Source of the DNA: Octopus bimaculoides | Taxonomy: Eukaryota | Direction of reading: 5' to 3' | Assembly (NCBI RefSeq): GCF_001194135.2 | Contig: NC_068982.1 | Location: forward strand, 161,602,799 to 161,666,798 | Length of the DNA: 64,000 nucleotides | Shown: positions 61,448 to 64,000 of the stretch, one piece after another | How positions within the stretch are numbered: position 1 is the stretch's first letter | Layout of the letters: each line of letters begins with the position of its first letter | The notes under the pieces: generated by a model | Database searches by the model: none | What the model was told of the DNA's origin: nothing | The model's input: the letters and a program-made list of their open reading frames with translations, nothing else | Position numbers and translations under genes: made by a program

Positions 61448-63197
61448 TGAATGTGTGTGTGTGTGTGTGTGTGTTTTAACATTCCATGACTTTGCTTGTC
61501 ACTATCTAAGCAGATAGGGATAAGATGCTTACATTCCTTATTAAAATTGAGACTGGCTATATTGCACTTTTGAAGACAAGTGGAATAATACAAATCTTTT
61601 ATTTGAAAAACAGATAAGGTTTGCTGACAGGAAGGACATCTGATCTCCAAATGCTGCCTCAGATAAGCCACTGGTCAACCCATGTTAACATGAAAAATTG
61701 GATTTTAAATGAACAATAAAAAAAATATCAACATACCTGTCATCCTAGTCTATTGCTCCCTTCATCTCCCCTTTTCCTTTCACCTTCAGTTCATATGTCA
61801 CAACCCATCTTATCACAACCCATCTTATCATCTTTCAATTTTATCCCTTTTTCTCAATAACTTCTGTTACTACTTTAACGTTTACATCTTAATCATATAA
61901 AGACCAACTACAGGTAGTAAACTATGAAATTCTTACATTCTCTTGATTTCCTTTAATTCAGACTGCTTCATAGCCCCAGCAGACAAAATGGAAAAACATT
62001 GCTCTGGAGGATGGCAGGAGAGATACGCTGGAACAGCCAATCCCTTCCTTCTCCCCTGTTCCCAATCATACTGCTCCTATTTCATTCCTCTTTACTTTTC
62101 TTCCATCAAGAATCATTATCCACTCTCTCTTCTATTCCTCTTCAGTTCTAGGAGTCACTTTAGGCTCTTAGTCTTGTATGTTACTAGAGCTAGTGCCACA
62201 AAAAATGTACACAGTACACTGGTAAAGTGGTTAATGTTAGGAAGGGCATTCAGCTGAAGAAACACTGACACCTCATCACCGCCATCTCTTCTCTCTCTTG
62301 CCAGCTGGGGTAGCCATCTATCTCCTCAACAGCAAAACAACTTTTCCTATCTCTCTATCATATTTTAACCTCTCAATGCCTAACATAAAGCTACCTCCCT
62401 CAATATTACATCCACACTCAGTTGTGGGGGTCTTATCTTGTGAGTTACTTGGTGACTTCACAAGAGTCAGTGCCATGAAAAAAACTACCAAGTACATTCT
62501 GTAAAGTGGTTGACATTAGGAAGGGCATCCAGCCATAGAAACCATGTCAAAGCAGACAACAGAGCATGATATAGTTCTTTGCTTCATCAAATCCTGTTGA
62601 ACTGCCCAACCTATGCCAGAATGGAAGAAGGACACTAAATGATGATGATGTTACACACATACACACACACACACACACACACATTATCCTTCAGTTTTTG
62701 CTAATCTGAATTAACTTTAAGTTTACTCTATATTGAGACATAGGAAAGAAAACTAGAAGCCATATCTCTAGCAGCAGTTTAGCAGTTGAACACAGCGTTA
62801 AGTATAACACATGCAAATCTAAACTGGTGCAGGAGACTATCTAATATATTTTAATACTCTAAAAATGCCTAACAATTCTAAACACTTTTTTTATTCTTTT
62901 GCTTTGTTGAAAAGTTGTAGTGTGAACTGAATATTTAAAAATAAACAGCGAAAGATCACCTCAAGGCTTCAAACAATGGGTTGTTTATACACATTTGACA
63001 AAGTATTTATGATCTATATCTAATGAATTTTTACTTAACAAATGGAATATTTTTGCTTATCATAAAGTGATGTGTATGTGTACGTGCATGCATGTGTGTG
63101 TGTGCATGTGTGTGTATGTACATGTATGTTTGTTAGTATGTACTGTGTGTTTTTAAATACTATTTTCCTGATGTGTGCGTGTGTGTATGTGTATGTG

Positions 63198-63276
<79 letters not shown>

Positions 63277-63789
63277 GTATATATATTGTTTATTCCTTCT
63301 TTCTTAATCTGTTACAGTGTTTGATTGTATTGTGGTGAATATGCCTATTGATGGAGTTATATTTTTCAATCTGCAAAACTAGTGCAGCAGCTGCCACTTT
63401 TAATAGATGTATGTGGTGCAGTGACTGTCAGTTGTAATAGAAGCTAACTGTTGGAAATCATTGATAAAACTTCCTGATTCCACAATGATGTACACTTCAC
63501 AGAACACTCTATCCATTGACTTATAATGAAAACTGTACTTGACTTGTAGTTAATATAAACTAAACCCCACAGTTTTATATATATTTGCCACATACAGCCT
63601 GTAAACAACAAACTTATCTTTTCCACATTTATTCATCAGTTAATGGTTGTGCTAACGTCCTATAAACTGTTGTATTGTTGGGATATTGCAACCATTGGGA
63701 GAACAGCCATATGAAATTGGACTCAAAATACTTGATTTGTCTTCAATAATCCACAGAGAGAAGGAGAGTGACATGATATATGCCTATAT

Positions 63790-63909
63790 GGCTGCTACTG
63801 CTGCTGCTACTTCTGCTGCTGCTGCTGATCCCCCCCTGCTCCTCCTCCTCTCCTCCTGCTCCTCCTGCTCCTCCTCCTCCACCACCACCACCCTCCTCCG
63901 CTTCCTCCT

Positions 63910-63973
<64 letters not shown>
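63790..63973. repeat. (GCT)n/(CCT)n/(CAT)n compound microsatellite, tail of a minus-strand V-domain element truncated by the window end
   Basis: Trinucleotide runs followed by gtttaatgtccgccttccatgctggca. Confidence 0.9.
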
Positions 63974-64000
63974 GTTTAATGTCCGCCTTCCATGCTGGCA

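Noticed and set aside
63686-63979. Poly-Met / poly-Ile / poly-Ala ORFs
   Set aside because: Trinucleotide microsatellite artefacts.

Overview
AT-rich, repeat-dense animal genomic DNA. The SINE, RTE and MITE families look like those of a coleoid cephalopod (Octopus-like); this is an inference from recalled repeat families. One protein-coding gene is firmly supported: LSM5 (U6/U6atac snRNA-associated Sm-like protein) on the minus strand. Exon 1 CDS is 51855-51813, exon 2 is 15148-15053 and exon 3 is 10557-10530, giving [55 protein letters not shown](F). Intron 1 is about 36.7 kb and spans 4 N-gaps. Intron 2 (4495 bp) is a minor-spliceosome U12-type GT-AG intron. The expected final exons (Sm2 half) were not found and probably lie left of position 1. 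A CpG-retaining zone at about 50.0-52.6 kb marks the promoter. The rest is a mosaic of decayed RTE, CR1-like and Jockey-like LINEs, CORE-, Meta- and V-domain-like SINEs, Tc1/mariner and hAT remnants, several MITEs and microsatellites. The most notable extras are: a minimal Penelope-type hammerhead ribozyme motif in LSM5 intron 1, a young 568-bp MITE carrying a telomeric-repeat palindrome, two long perfect hairpins, in-frame candidate micro-exons and an alternative terminal exon downstream of LSM5 exon 3, and an RTE reverse transcriptase with an inserted PHD finger and a V-SINE-like 3' UTR. Repeat boundaries are approximate (tens of bp) unless TIRs or TSDs are quoted.
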